Origin: Clostridia bacterium
Lineage (GTDB): Bacteria > Bacillota > Clostridia > UBA1212 > UBA1255
DNA length: 64,000 nucleotides
Direction: 5' to 3'
NCBI GenBank assembly: GCA_046952735.1
Contig: JBKUJR010000009.1
Coordinates: 4,747-68,746, forward strand
Numbering within the stretch: position 1 is the first letter of the stretch; each line of letters opens with the position of its first letter. The translations under genes and the position numbers were made by a program. The notes beneath the pieces were generated by a model. That model searched no databases. It had not been told where the DNA came from and saw only the letters and a list, made by a program, of their open reading frames with translations. Positions 41,410 through 50,567 of this stretch are shown here, piece by piece.

Positions 41410-42462
41410 ATGAATTATTTAGCGGATGTTAAAGATTTCGGAATCGTTTTATCTCCCGACAGAGAAGGCGGCCCGATGTATCGGTGGGATGGCGGCGGTA
41501 TGCGGGAAGCGATCGTGAACCGGGAAGGGGAGTTCTATTATCTTTCTTATGACGGCGCAATGCCCGGAAAAACGCCGCACAGCTATTGGAATGCCTGCAC
41601 CGCCCGCAGCAAAGATCTCATTCATTGGGAAAAACGCGGCGTGAGCCTTTTCGCGTCTGCTCTGACACATCCGTATACGGATTGCAAGGATTTCTGCAGC
41701 GCCAGTTCTCCCTGGAGTTTCCGGGAGGACGGGATCTGGTACCGATATTATCTGGGCGCCGACCATTGCTCCGCAGAGGGAGTACCGGCCTTTTTGTATT
41801 CAACGATGCTGGCGACCGCCGCTTCCATGGAAGGCCCGTGGACGAAGAAATGCGATCAGCCGGATTGTGCCGGCCATGTATGCTTCCCGGCCGGGGAGCC
41901 GGGTACATGGGATGATGTGACGGTTTCTCCCGGGGAAGTTCTGCGGAATCCGAAATACGGTATGGCGCCCGGCAGTAAAAAATATATGATGTTTTACAGC
42001 GGCTCCTGTTCGGGGATGACGCAGCGCTCCATCGGTATTGCGCGTACCGACGATCTGCATGCGACCGACGATTATCATCGAAAAACGGGTAATTTCTGGA
42101 TTAAAGATCGCGATCCGATTTTACCGCCGAGCGAGGATATTGAAAATTCTTCGATTTATTTTGACGAGGAGAGGAAACTGTACTGGCTTTTCACCAATCA
42201 TGTGTATCAGAATTCTTATACCGATGCCGTATGGGTCTATTGGACTTCGGACCTTGACCGCTGGAATCCGGAAGATAAGGCCATCGTGATCGACCGGAAT
42301 GTCAGCATTTGGGCAAAAGGCGCGATTGGTATGCCTTCCGTGTATCCGACCGATCATGGGACGCTGGCTGTTTTTTACGACGGGGTTCCGGGAGAGGGGA
42401 CCGGACATCTGGATCGCCATATCGGCCTTGCGGAGATTCTGCTGCCGCTGAAGGTGCGGTAG
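41410..42462 (+). CDS. Cytoplasmic glycoside-hydrolase-like beta-propeller protein (GH43/32/130-type fold; family not resolved)
   Basis: 350 aa with RBS AGGAGGA. It has repeated W/Y-rich blade-like segments (FYYLSYDG, IWYRYYLG, YMMFYSG, LYWLFTNH, LAVFYDG). The assignment is by pattern only. Confidence 0.4.
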   Translation: MNYLADVKDFGIVLSPDREGGPMYRWDGGGMREAIVNREGEFYYLSYDGAMPGKTPHSYWNACTARSKDLIHWEKRGVSLFASALTHPYTDCKDFCSASSPWSFREDGIWYRYYLGADHCSAEGVPAFLYSTMLATAASMEGPWTKKCDQPDCAGHVCFPAGEPGTWDDVTVSPGEVLRNPKYGMAPGSKKYMMFYSGSCSGMTQRSIGIARTDDLHATDDYHRKTGNFWIKDRDPILPPSEDIENSSIYFDEERKLYWLFTNHVYQNSYTDAVWVYWTSDLDRWNPEDKAIVIDRNVSIWAKGAIGMPSVYPTDHGTLAVFYDGVPGEGTGHLDRHIGLAEILLPLKVR

Positions 42463-42572
42463 TGGCTGTGAGGCACAGCCTGTAATCCGGCATATACCCT
42501 TTATTTTTATTGCGATATTTGCGCATTGCTGTATAATATCTGGGATCCTATTTTTAGAAAGGAAGATGCTCA

Positions 42573-43373
42573 GTGATTATAGATGCGCACGTCCATACGT
42601 TTCCCGATGCGATTGCAGGAAAAGCCCTCCACAAGTTAGAGGTCATATCCGGTCTTACGCGCGTCACGGACGGGACGGTTTCCGGCACTGCCGAATTTAT
42701 GAAAGAACAGAAGATAGACAAATTTATCAATCTCAATATCGCTACGGCGCCGGGGCAGCAGCATACGATCAATACGACTGCTGCGGAAAACAACAAACAA
42801 TATTCCGATATGATTTCTCTGGGTTCCGTGCATCCGGAGAATCCGGAGGCCGTCCGGGAGCTTTACAGGATCAAAGCGCTCGGCATAAAGGGAATTAAGC
42901 TGCATCCGGATTATCAGGAATTTTTTATCGATGAGAAAAGGCTTTATCCGATTTATGAGGCTTGCTCTTTATTGGAACTACCGATCGTGTTCCATGCGGG
43001 GTGGGATTGCTACAGCCCGGACGTTGTCCATGCGGTTCCTGCTGCAAGCGCAAAAGTTGCTGCCGATTTTCCGAAGCTGAAAATGGTATTGGCGCATTTC
43101 GGAGGGCTGCATTTATGGGAGGACGTCGAGACGTATTTGACCGGCATGGAAAACGTGTATTTTGATACGGCGATGGCCGCGACTTACATGCAAAGTTCTG
43201 CGACCGCAATGAAGCTTTTGAACAGGCATCCGATCGAAAATATTTTTCTGGGAAGCGATTGTCCATGGGAATTGCCCTGTCGTTCCATCGCATTCGTCGA
43301 ATCCCTGCCGATTTCCGATGACCGGAAGGAAAAAATCCTCGGCGGCAATGCGGCGGCATTTTACGGTTTATAA
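42573..43373 (+). CDS. Amidohydrolase-2 (TIM-barrel metal-dependent hydrolase) family protein
   Basis: GTG start after AAAGGAAG. MIIDAHVHTFPD, IKLHPDYQ, VFHAG, LAHFGG and the LGSDCPW metal-ligand pattern. Confidence 0.65.
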   Translation: MIIDAHVHTFPDAIAGKALHKLEVISGLTRVTDGTVSGTAEFMKEQKIDKFINLNIATAPGQQHTINTTAAENNKQYSDMISLGSVHPENPEAVRELYRIKALGIKGIKLHPDYQEFFIDEKRLYPIYEACSLLELPIVFHAGWDCYSPDVVHAVPAASAKVAADFPKLKMVLAHFGGLHLWEDVETYLTGMENVYFDTAMAATYMQSSATAMKLLNRHPIENIFLGSDCPWELPCRSIAFVESLPISDDRKEKILGGNAAAFYGL

Positions 43374-43447
43374 AGAGAATAAGATTTTAGCATAAGCTTG
43401 TAAACCAGTTCATATATTTTACCAAATGCCAATAACGGAGATTTTAT

Positions 43448-43942
43448 ATGAACAACGATTCCAATATGATTGTAAAAAGCCGTTACGCAAGGAAAGCGGC
43501 GCGGGCAAAGACAAAAGAGATCCGCAAAAAATACGGTCAGGAGGTACATGGCAGATATTATTATCTGATAAAAGGATTCCTTATTTCCGTTTCAATTTCC
43601 GTCCCCCTCTTCTTTATCATCGCGCTGGCCATGCGAATGACGGATTTCCCGGAGGAATATATGCCGCCTGCGCTTCTGACGGCGGTTCTTACGAGCATTG
43701 TGATCGCTTCGTTTTATGCAACTGCCGCTGCGAAAGCAAACGGCTGGTTCAACGGTACGCTGATCGGATTCTTTTATATGCTGATCCTGATCATCGTCCG
43801 CTGGGGGTATGAGGGCAGGATCTCTTTTAACAAAGACGTGCTGACTATGCTGCTTGCCGGCTTGCTGATCGGGTCGATCTGCGGGATGGCCGGCCTCAAT
43901 CTCGGCGATCGGATCCGTCATCTTTCCCGCAGAAATAAATGA
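43448..43942 (+). CDS. Small integral membrane protein (4 predicted TM helices; YrzE/TIGR04086-like)
   Basis: 164 aa. Basic N-terminus followed by four hydrophobic stretches. Confidence 0.45.
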   Translation: MNNDSNMIVKSRYARKAARAKTKEIRKKYGQEVHGRYYYLIKGFLISVSISVPLFFIIALAMRMTDFPEEYMPPALLTAVLTSIVIASFYATAAAKANGWFNGTLIGFFYMLILIIVRWGYEGRISFNKDVLTMLLAGLLIGSICGMAGLNLGDRIRHLSRRNK

Positions 43943-43964
43943 CCGGGAAAAGTAAAATTAAGTA

Positions 43965-43993
43965 TTGACAATCCCGCTCCCACCTCGTATAAT
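43965..43993 (+). promoter_or_regulatory. Perfect consensus promoter TTGACA-17-TATAAT driving tRNA-Leu
   Basis: TTGACA at 43965-43970 and TATAAT at 43988-43993, about 30 nt upstream of the tRNA 5' end. Confidence 0.75.
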
Positions 43994-44024
43994 AGCACAT
44001 GCTGTTTCTATCAGACAGCAAGAT

Positions 44025-44109
44025 GCGACCGTGGCGGAATTGGCAGACGCGCACGTTTGAGGGGCGTGTGGATAACCCCGTACGAGTTCAAGTCTCGTCG
44101 GTCGCACCA
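44025..44109 (+). tRNA. tRNA-Leu (anticodon GAG), type II with long variable arm, CCA encoded
   Basis: Acceptor GCGACCG/CGGTCGC. D-arm GCG-GAATTGGCAGA-CGC. Anticodon stem CACGT/GCGTG with loop TTGAGGG. T-arm ACGAG-TTCAAGT-CTCGT. 3' end ACCA. Confidence 0.85.
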
Positions 44110-44272
44110 TCTTTGTTCCACAATATAGAACCCATCTGAAAAACTCTTGATTTTCAAGGGTTTTTCTTGGTTTATGGGCGTATGCCCCATAGTACCGACC
44201 GAATTTAACGGGAACATTTAATATGCTTCTCTCTTCGGAATGACGGCGCACAAAATGACCTGCTATTTCAAA

Positions 44273-44312
44273 GGCGGCGCAGGAGAATTTTCTCCTGCGC
44301 CGCCGGATTTTT
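44273..44312. terminator. 14-bp perfect hairpin, probable bidirectional terminator
   Basis: GGCGGCGCAGGAGA-attt-TCTCCTGCGCCGCC followed by GGATTTTT. It lies 60 nt downstream of the minus-strand gene end. Confidence 0.65.
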
Positions 44313-44363
44313 GGCCTGTAAATACCACCGAAAACATTGACTGAAATATTCTCAGAGGTATTT

Positions 44364-44867
44364 TTACTTTTTAACACCCCAAACACAAAGAGGTGTTCTT
44401 TTGTTCGGAACAATCAATTTGTTCTCTTTAATAAGCTCCTCTAACAAGAAAGCTGCAACGTCAAGACGATGGTGAATTTTTGCAATGTCGCCGCATTGTT
44501 CTTTGAGTGAAGCGGGGGCGTGTTTGACAAGTATCTTTTCTGCCTTGTTTGAAATGTCAATCATACAGTTCGCCGCTTCCTCTATAATATCTGAAAGGAT
44601 GTAAGCGACTTGTTCAAATACGTCGCTATCGAAAACAAGGAAGTTTGCAGAAAGCTTATTATCTTCGCAAAGAATGAATTTGTGCTCGATCAACCACGGT
44701 AGCGTAGGATTATCTCTGTTTGCATCCTTGCATAAAATTGCATCACAAAGCAAAGCCCCAAAAGGCTTCCTCGTTTTGCAGATAGCGCGCCGAAACTTTG
44801 AAAAAGCGTAGCCGTAAATTGCTGTCAGATTTTCGGACAGTAGCTTGGATGCTCTTTTGTTGGTCAT
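44364..44867 (-). CDS. Hypothetical protein
   Basis: Trimmed to MTNKRASKLLSENLTAIYGYAFSKF (RBS AGGAGAA, 5-nt spacer). 167 aa with no motif I can name. Confidence 0.5.
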   Translation of the reverse strand: MTNKRASKLLSENLTAIYGYAFSKFRRAICKTRKPFGALLCDAILCKDANRDNPTLPWLIEHKFILCEDNKLSANFLVFDSDVFEQVAYILSDIIEEAANCMIDISNKAEKILVKHAPASLKEQCGDIAKIHHRLDVAAFLLEELIKENKLIVPNKRTPLCVWGVKK

Positions 44868-45197
44868 AGTTGTTCTCCTGTGTTTGAAAGCTTTCACCTA
44901 TATAGTGTCAGCGAAGATATTTCGGTTAATTGTTTTATACAAATTTTTATAATTATTATATCATACAGCCATTCACATTTCATCCTATCAGCAATCGTAT
45001 TTTTACCTTGCTCAAAAATTTTTCGAAAAATTTCGTAAAAGTACTTGCCAAATCGAAAAGTATGTATCATATTTCCTCCACTTTCATTGAAAAAGGCAAA
45101 TTTCAAAGGAAAGAGGAACCCCTATGGCTAAACTCACGGAAGAACAAACAAAGGTCATTGCGGTGCGTAAAGTAGGATAGTTTTATCAAAACGGCAT

Positions 45198-45213
45198 AAT
45201 ATAGTCCAATAAA
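45198..45213 (+). promoter_or_regulatory. 16-nt motif AATATAGTCCAATAAA, copy 1 (75 nt upstream of the BadF-kinase operon)
   Basis: Identical to 50473-50488. Confidence 0.5.
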
Positions 45214-45287
45214 ATACAAGTATTGTACTATTGATTTACCGGAAAACTGATATACTGAAAACGATAATAAATAAACGGGTGATCGTA

Positions 45288-46274
45288 ATGAGTGCAGTAA
45301 TAATCGGAATAGACGGCGGGGGAACAAAAACCAGAGTAACGATTGTAGAAACTGGCGGCAGGGTAATGAAAACATTGGAAGGCGGTAGCATCAATTATAA
45401 TAATATCGGCGTAGAAAAAGCCTTTGCAAATTTTAAATATATTATGGATCAATTAAATCCGGATTATAATCTGATTCAGGCGATCTCGATTGGAGATCCT
45501 GCGCAGGATGATATCTGCATCAATCCGTATACGGAAATATTCCTGCATAAAATAAGAAAGAACCTCCCGATAAACCCGCGTACTAAAATTTTTACAAGAA
45601 GCGATGTGTATATGGCATTATATGGCCTGACACAGGGTCAGCCGGGCGTGCTGATGATAAGCGGCACAGGATCCATGGGGGCAGCAATCGACGATGGCGG
45701 CAATTATTATGTTTCCGGTGGCTGGGGGTTCCCTGTAAGCGATACGGGAAGCGGCTATGACATTGCTGTTGATGCTTTTAAATATATTTTTGCCGCATAC
45801 GACAAATATGGTTACAATAATATCAAAAAGCCAGGCGGAATGCTGGCTGTGTCGGTTTTGGATTATTACGGAGTATCCCATCCCAGAGAACTGATCAATT
45901 GTTTTCATGGGGAGCATAATAGCAGAGCGCGCGTTGCCGAATTTTCAAAAGTAGTCTACTACTGTGCGGAAAAGGGATGTGTGAAAGCCGTTCGTATTCT
46001 GGAAAATGCAGGAAAAAAACTCGCGCTATGTACCGGGAACCTGATCGATAAGATCAAATATCCACCCGGGAGGCCTCCTTTCGTCGGAATATATGGAAGC
46101 GTATTCCTCCATAATCATTTTGTAAGAGAAAGCTTTGAACAGGCGATTCTACGAAAATATCCCTCCGCTGAGATTGTGAAGGCCAAAACGGCGCCGGAAT
46201 ATGCGGCAGCGATTTATGCCAGACATGCCCTGGAAGAAAATATACAGGAGGAACAACGTGCATTATATAGATAA
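45288..46274 (+). CDS. BadF/BadG/BcrA/BcrD-type ATPase (N-acetylglucosamine-kinase-like sugar kinase)
   Basis: Trimmed to MSAVIIGIDGGGTKTRVTIVE. MISGTGSMG and GGWGFPVSDTGSG motifs. Confidence 0.75.
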   Translation: MSAVIIGIDGGGTKTRVTIVETGGRVMKTLEGGSINYNNIGVEKAFANFKYIMDQLNPDYNLIQAISIGDPAQDDICINPYTEIFLHKIRKNLPINPRTKIFTRSDVYMALYGLTQGQPGVLMISGTGSMGAAIDDGGNYYVSGGWGFPVSDTGSGYDIAVDAFKYIFAAYDKYGYNNIKKPGGMLAVSVLDYYGVSHPRELINCFHGEHNSRARVAEFSKVVYYCAEKGCVKAVRILENAGKKLALCTGNLIDKIKYPPGRPPFVGIYGSVFLHNHFVRESFEQAILRKYPSAEIVKAKTAPEYAAAIYARHALEENIQEEQRALYR

Positions 46275-46992
46275 AATTGATATTCTTATAAAGAAAGTCC
46301 GTGATTCGCAGAATCAGAATATAGAGGCGGCAGCAAACGCAATTGCGAATGCAATCTCTGCGGGCAGACTGATATATGCTTTTGGCACGGGCCATTCCCA
46401 CATGCTTGCGGAAGAAATATTTTACCGGGCAGGAGGACTTGTTTCGGTTTATCCGATTTTGGAAGATGCGATTATGCTGCACAGAGGGGCCTTCCGAAGC
46501 AGCCGTATCGAACGTATTTCGGGATACGCAGAAGTGCTGCTTGAAAATTATAAAGACATTTTACCGGGGGACGTCATGCTGCTCTTTTCAAATTCCGGAA
46601 GAAATACCGTAATCGTCGAAATGGCGCAGGAAGCAAAGAAACGAAAAATGCTGACAATTTGTATCACCAGTCTCAGACATTCCCGATCCTGCGGATCCAG
46701 AGCCCCGGAAGGCTTAAAATTGCATGATATCTGTGATATTGTCATCGATAATTGCGGCGAACCGGGAGACGCTTGTATGGATATTTCCGGCGTAAAATGC
46801 GGACCGACTTCAACGGTCATCGGCGCCACGATCCTGCAGGAGACGGTCTGCCGTGCAGTCGAAATGATGATGTCTCCGCAGAGCAGCGCAAAAGGGCGGC
46901 CGGAGGTCTTTCAAAGCAGCAATATCGATGGGGGAGACGAAGCAAATGCCGCATATTACAACAAGTACAATGGCAAAATAAAAATACTGTGA
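46258..46992 (+). CDS. SIS-domain (sugar isomerase/phosphosugar-binding, UPF0309-like) protein
   Basis: GTG start 4 nt after AGGAGGAA. GRLIYAFGTGHSHMLAEE, LLFSNSGRN. It overlaps the kinase gene end by 17 nt. Confidence 0.65.
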   Translation: MHYIDKIDILIKKVRDSQNQNIEAAANAIANAISAGRLIYAFGTGHSHMLAEEIFYRAGGLVSVYPILEDAIMLHRGAFRSSRIERISGYAEVLLENYKDILPGDVMLLFSNSGRNTVIVEMAQEAKKRKMLTICITSLRHSRSCGSRAPEGLKLHDICDIVIDNCGEPGDACMDISGVKCGPTSTVIGATILQETVCRAVEMMMSPQSSAKGRPEVFQSSNIDGGDEANAAYYNKYNGKIKIL

Positions 46993-47010
46993 TAAATAAA
47001 GCGATTTGAT

Positions 47011-48396
47011 ATGACGATGGAACATTCTGTAAAATTTGGGTTTTCTCAAACGGTCATTACGCCTCCTCCCCAAACTGTTTTTTTAGATGGTTTTGGCGAA
47101 AGAATTACGCCTGCGGAAGGAATCCGGGATGACTTATATGTTAAGGCTTTTGTGATACGCTCCGATTCTTTTAAATATGCGCTTGCCGTATTTGATGCAT
47201 GCGGATTTGAACAGCGAATTGCTGTCGGCATAAAACGTCGGATTGCTATGAAAAATGGATTATCTCCGAAAAATGTGACGATTTGCGCGACGCACACACA
47301 TTCGGCTCCTGCCAGCGGCATTTTGGGAGATCTCCCTGTCAATTATTTCTGGTGGGATCAGGTTGGGGAAATCGCGGCAAGTACCGTTCAGGAAGCTTTC
47401 CGTAAAGCAGATTTCTGTCGCGCTGATTTCCTGAACGCGGGAGAATTGTGTTCTGTTAAAAATAGGCGCGGACGGGAATCTTGCAACAAAATCATAAAAA
47501 TATGTGGATTTTACAGCGATCAGGATAGATTGGCCGGCGCAATTGTACTTGCTTCCTGCCATGCTACTTGCTATTCCGGAATGAAAATTACAGCAGACTA
47601 TCCGGGGGTACTCACACGAAACATGCAGGAAGTGTATCCGGATGTTCCTGTTTTATTTTTACAGGGCAGAGGAGCAGACGTTGATCCTTTTCTGCCAAAT
47701 GCTTTCAATGACGAAGAACGGCTTGCGCAGCTTGGCGGGGAATTATCGGATCAGGTACTTTCTGTCCTGTCGAAAGAGCAGCGTTGCAATCGAGCCGATA
47801 TAGATACTCCGCGCATCCATACAGGCGCCTTTAAAATACCGATGCACCCTTATGCTGCCAAAGAGACGCTTTGGAAAACGATAAATTTTTTTGAAGAAAA
47901 AAGATATGGCGTTACGGATGTTTTCAGCCAACGACAGATTGCGAGAGAGATTTACTGGCATCAAAAGGCATTTTACCTGACAGCGCATCGCGGCTGCAAT
48001 GAAAATAATTTATTCGTAGAAATGCAGATCCTGAAATTATCGGAAAGTGCGGTATTTGTTTTTTTGCCTTTTGAAATATTCAGTGAAACTGGCGGCCAAA
48101 TCGAAAAATATTGTATTGCGCATGGGTATCATCCAAACGCTGTTTTTATCGTTAGCCATGCTAATGGCACAAATGGCTATCTTGTTCCTGAATCTGAATT
48201 TTTGCGGGAAGATTATGAGCGTTATGATATGGAATATTGGTATCAAAAAACGATGCAGACGCAAAAATGCGGCGCGGATGCGTTGATAGGCGGACATTAT
48301 GAAATTATCAACGCGCCGCATTGGTATGACTTACCGCAATGCAGCAGGGAGAGCGAAAGAAGCGTTATTCACAATATAACAAAATTATTATCATAA
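47011..48396 (+). CDS. Neutral/alkaline ceramidase-like N-terminal-domain hydrolase (family call tentative)
   Basis: FGFSQTVITPPPQTVFLDGFGERITPAEGIRDDLYVKAFVI...ICATHTHSAP matches the pattern I remember for this family. Confidence 0.5.
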   Translation: MTMEHSVKFGFSQTVITPPPQTVFLDGFGERITPAEGIRDDLYVKAFVIRSDSFKYALAVFDACGFEQRIAVGIKRRIAMKNGLSPKNVTICATHTHSAPASGILGDLPVNYFWWDQVGEIAASTVQEAFRKADFCRADFLNAGELCSVKNRRGRESCNKIIKICGFYSDQDRLAGAIVLASCHATCYSGMKITADYPGVLTRNMQEVYPDVPVLFLQGRGADVDPFLPNAFNDEERLAQLGGELSDQVLSVLSKEQRCNRADIDTPRIHTGAFKIPMHPYAAKETLWKTINFFEEKRYGVTDVFSQRQIAREIYWHQKAFYLTAHRGCNENNLFVEMQILKLSESAVFVFLPFEIFSETGGQIEKYCIAHGYHPNAVFIVSHANGTNGYLVPESEFLREDYERYDMEYWYQKTMQTQKCGADALIGGHYEIINAPHWYDLPQCSRESERSVIHNITKLLS

Positions 48397-48433
48397 AAGA
48401 AACGAAAAATATATATTGCAAAAATAATACAAT

Positions 48434-48480
48434 AACCAGGCAATATTGATCTAACGCAAGGATCGTGCCTGGTTTATTAT
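48434..48480 (+). terminator. Hairpin AACCAGGCA...TGCCTGGTT followed by TATTAT (weak terminator)
   Basis: 9-bp stem with a long loop and a poor T-tract. Confidence 0.35.
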
Positions 48481-48521
48481 AGAAATATCAAGTTTATTTC
48501 ATAAAGGGAGGTACTTTGAAA

Positions 48522-49532
48522 ATGAAAAAAATCTTTTTTGTAATGCTGACATTCGCATTGCTATGGGTATTCTGTACAAGCGCTTTCGTAAATGCTGCGG
48601 TAATCACAGCAGACGGCAGCTTTGAAAAGGAATCCGTCGGAACCATTTCGAATGAAACGGAAGACTTTGCAAAGGATTGGGTGGAAAAGAACGGTTTGGG
48701 AGAAACAGCTACCAGCACTGTGGAAGAAGAAAGTGGCAATAAATACTTAAAGGCTTCCGGCTTACTGGAACTCCAATCGATGAAAACGGTCAGCAAACCG
48801 TATACTTTTTCTGTTGACCTTAGGACAAATACCCCTGCTGCAGACTGGTTGGGCGTCTTTATCAGAACGGGAGACGTGTTTAATCTCTACGAATGGGATT
48901 TCTATGTAGAAAAAGGAGGGACGGAAGGAACCTCGTCCATTGGCGCTGCGGGCATTGTGATTTACCCTGTAATAGATGGAATCCGTCTTGCTGTTAAGAC
49001 AAGAGCAGACGGCCCCTGGGGAATCAGCTGCGCATATACGGACATCCTTGTAGAGGGAAATCCGGACTGGAAGACTTTTACGAATCTGAAAGTAGAAGAT
49101 GACGGCTCCACTGTTAAAATTTATGTGGGAAACGCGCTTACGGCTACGGTAGAAATGTCGGGCAAGGGGACGTATGAAGAAGACTCAAATACAGAAATAC
49201 CAGAGTATCTTGATCTTGTCTTTTATAAAAATATCGTTGTCAAGGACGCGTCCGGAACAGAGCGCTTCCGTGTCGATAACGCTCGAGTTGTGGCGGAAGA
49301 CGCTTACCTTGGAATCGGCGTACGAGAGAAAGCAATCGATATCGATAATATTTCGATTTCCGAGCCTGACGGAACGCCGAACACGGATGAGAGGCCAAAT
49401 CCGGACGAAAGTCAAAAACCGGACGAGACGCCAAAACCGAATCCGGGGACAGGGGATTTGGGATTATGCGCCATATCAGCGGTCTTTCTGTTTACAGCGA
49501 CCTTCTTAAAGAAACAAATCAAATCTTTATAA
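48522..49532 (+). CDS. Surface protein, paralogue 1: signal peptide, about 270-aa globular domain, Pro-rich linker, NPGTGD + hydrophobic + basic C-terminus
   Basis: MKKIFFVMLTFALLWVFCTSAFVNA. Core FSVDLRTN...NLYEWDFYVEKGG...IRLAVKT. C-terminus PNPGTGDLGLCAISAVFLFTATFLKKQIKSL. Confidence 0.75.
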   Translation: MKKIFFVMLTFALLWVFCTSAFVNAAVITADGSFEKESVGTISNETEDFAKDWVEKNGLGETATSTVEEESGNKYLKASGLLELQSMKTVSKPYTFSVDLRTNTPAADWLGVFIRTGDVFNLYEWDFYVEKGGTEGTSSIGAAGIVIYPVIDGIRLAVKTRADGPWGISCAYTDILVEGNPDWKTFTNLKVEDDGSTVKIYVGNALTATVEMSGKGTYEEDSNTEIPEYLDLVFYKNIVVKDASGTERFRVDNARVVAEDAYLGIGVREKAIDIDNISISEPDGTPNTDERPNPDESQKPDETPKPNPGTGDLGLCAISAVFLFTATFLKKQIKSL

Positions 49533-50405
49533 AGGATCTGATTTGCGCCGGATTTCCAGAGGGGTTGCATTAAAATAACGTTTGAAACACCTATTGAAAT
49601 AACAAGTGTCTGTAAATCCCACTTTTCCGGCAATATCGGATACGCCGAGGTTCGTAGTCGTAAGTAGTAATTCTGCTTTCTGCATACGAACCTCATTTAT
49701 ATAATGAACGGCTGTTTGGCCTGTAACCGCTTTAAATAAACGGCAGAAATGAGAAAGATTGAAATTGCAGCTGTCTGCAAGCTCTGATAAATTGATTTCT
49801 TCATCATAATGTTCATAAATATAAGTAAAAGCATTTTTCAGCTTATCAAATTTCTGCGCCGTTCTCAAAATTTCGTCTTTTGTATATTTTGTATTGATTT
49901 CATGGCGAAACAGCCATGCAAAAAGACTCAACAGCAGACTTTTGACTTTCAGCTCATATGCCATTTCTTTTTGCGCGCATTCGTTCAATAATTCCGTTAT
50001 GATAGCCACCGGTTCTTTTGTGGAACGGACTTTATTGTTAAAACAAAGTTTGCGGTTTTCTATTTGCGATAAATATTTTATTTCGCAGACTTCATCCTGT
50101 GCCCCGTGATAAATCCGCGGATCCGCCATGATACAATCGAAAAAAAGCGCTCCGCTATGGTAGGCGATATCGTGAATTTCGTAAGGGTTGATTATAAAAA
50201 TATCGCCTGGAGCGGTAATCTGTTTATTGATACCGCAGGTGATCGTGGCGCTCCCGGAATGAAAATAAAGGATTTCAATTTGTTCATGCCAAGTCAGATA
50301 TTCCTTTTTCGGAGTATTCGGCGTAATATTTTTATTCGGCAAAAGCCGGATGGGAAACATGGCGTCTTCAAAAGGGATCTCTTCGTACATCGAACAACCG
50401 TTCAT
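49527..50405 (-). CDS. AraC-family transcriptional regulator (N-terminal cupin sensor, C-terminal double HTH)
   Basis: 292 aa. EILYFHSGSATI...PGDIFIINPYEIH (cupin). LSELADSCNFNLSHFCRLFKAVTGQT...ISDIAGKVGFTDTCYFNRCFKRYF (HTH_AraC). Confidence 0.85.
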   Translation of the reverse strand: MNGCSMYEEIPFEDAMFPIRLLPNKNITPNTPKKEYLTWHEQIEILYFHSGSATITCGINKQITAPGDIFIINPYEIHDIAYHSGALFFDCIMADPRIYHGAQDEVCEIKYLSQIENRKLCFNNKVRSTKEPVAIITELLNECAQKEMAYELKVKSLLLSLFAWLFRHEINTKYTKDEILRTAQKFDKLKNAFTYIYEHYDEEINLSELADSCNFNLSHFCRLFKAVTGQTAVHYINEVRMQKAELLLTTTNLGVSDIAGKVGFTDTCYFNRCFKRYFNATPLEIRRKSDPL

Positions 50406-50472
50406 ACGTTCACCTCACGGTCTATTTTATAAAACATGATTTCCCGAGTCAAGTTCCGGTTTTGTAAATGCA

Positions 50473-50488
50473 AATATAGTCCAATAAA
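50473..50488 (+). promoter_or_regulatory. 16-nt motif AATATAGTCCAATAAA, copy 2 (80 nt upstream of the paralogue-2/DUF4838 operon, in the AraC divergent region)
   Basis: Identical to 45198-45213. Confidence 0.5.
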
Positions 50489-50567
50489 CAGGTAATATTA
50501 ATCTATGAAGCCTCTGTGTTATCAGATAAGATAGCATCAAAAGAAAAAAAGAAAAAGGAGAACGACT

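Noticed and set aside
43958-44413. 151-aa minus-strand ORF overlapping tRNA-Leu
   Set aside because: It runs straight through the tRNA gene and its terminator hairpins, so it is not a coding region.
44110-45287. Prophage, ICE or integrase next to the tRNA
   Set aside because: I looked for a tyrosine or serine recombinase and for a direct repeat of the tRNA 3' end, and found neither. Only compositional evidence for an island remains.
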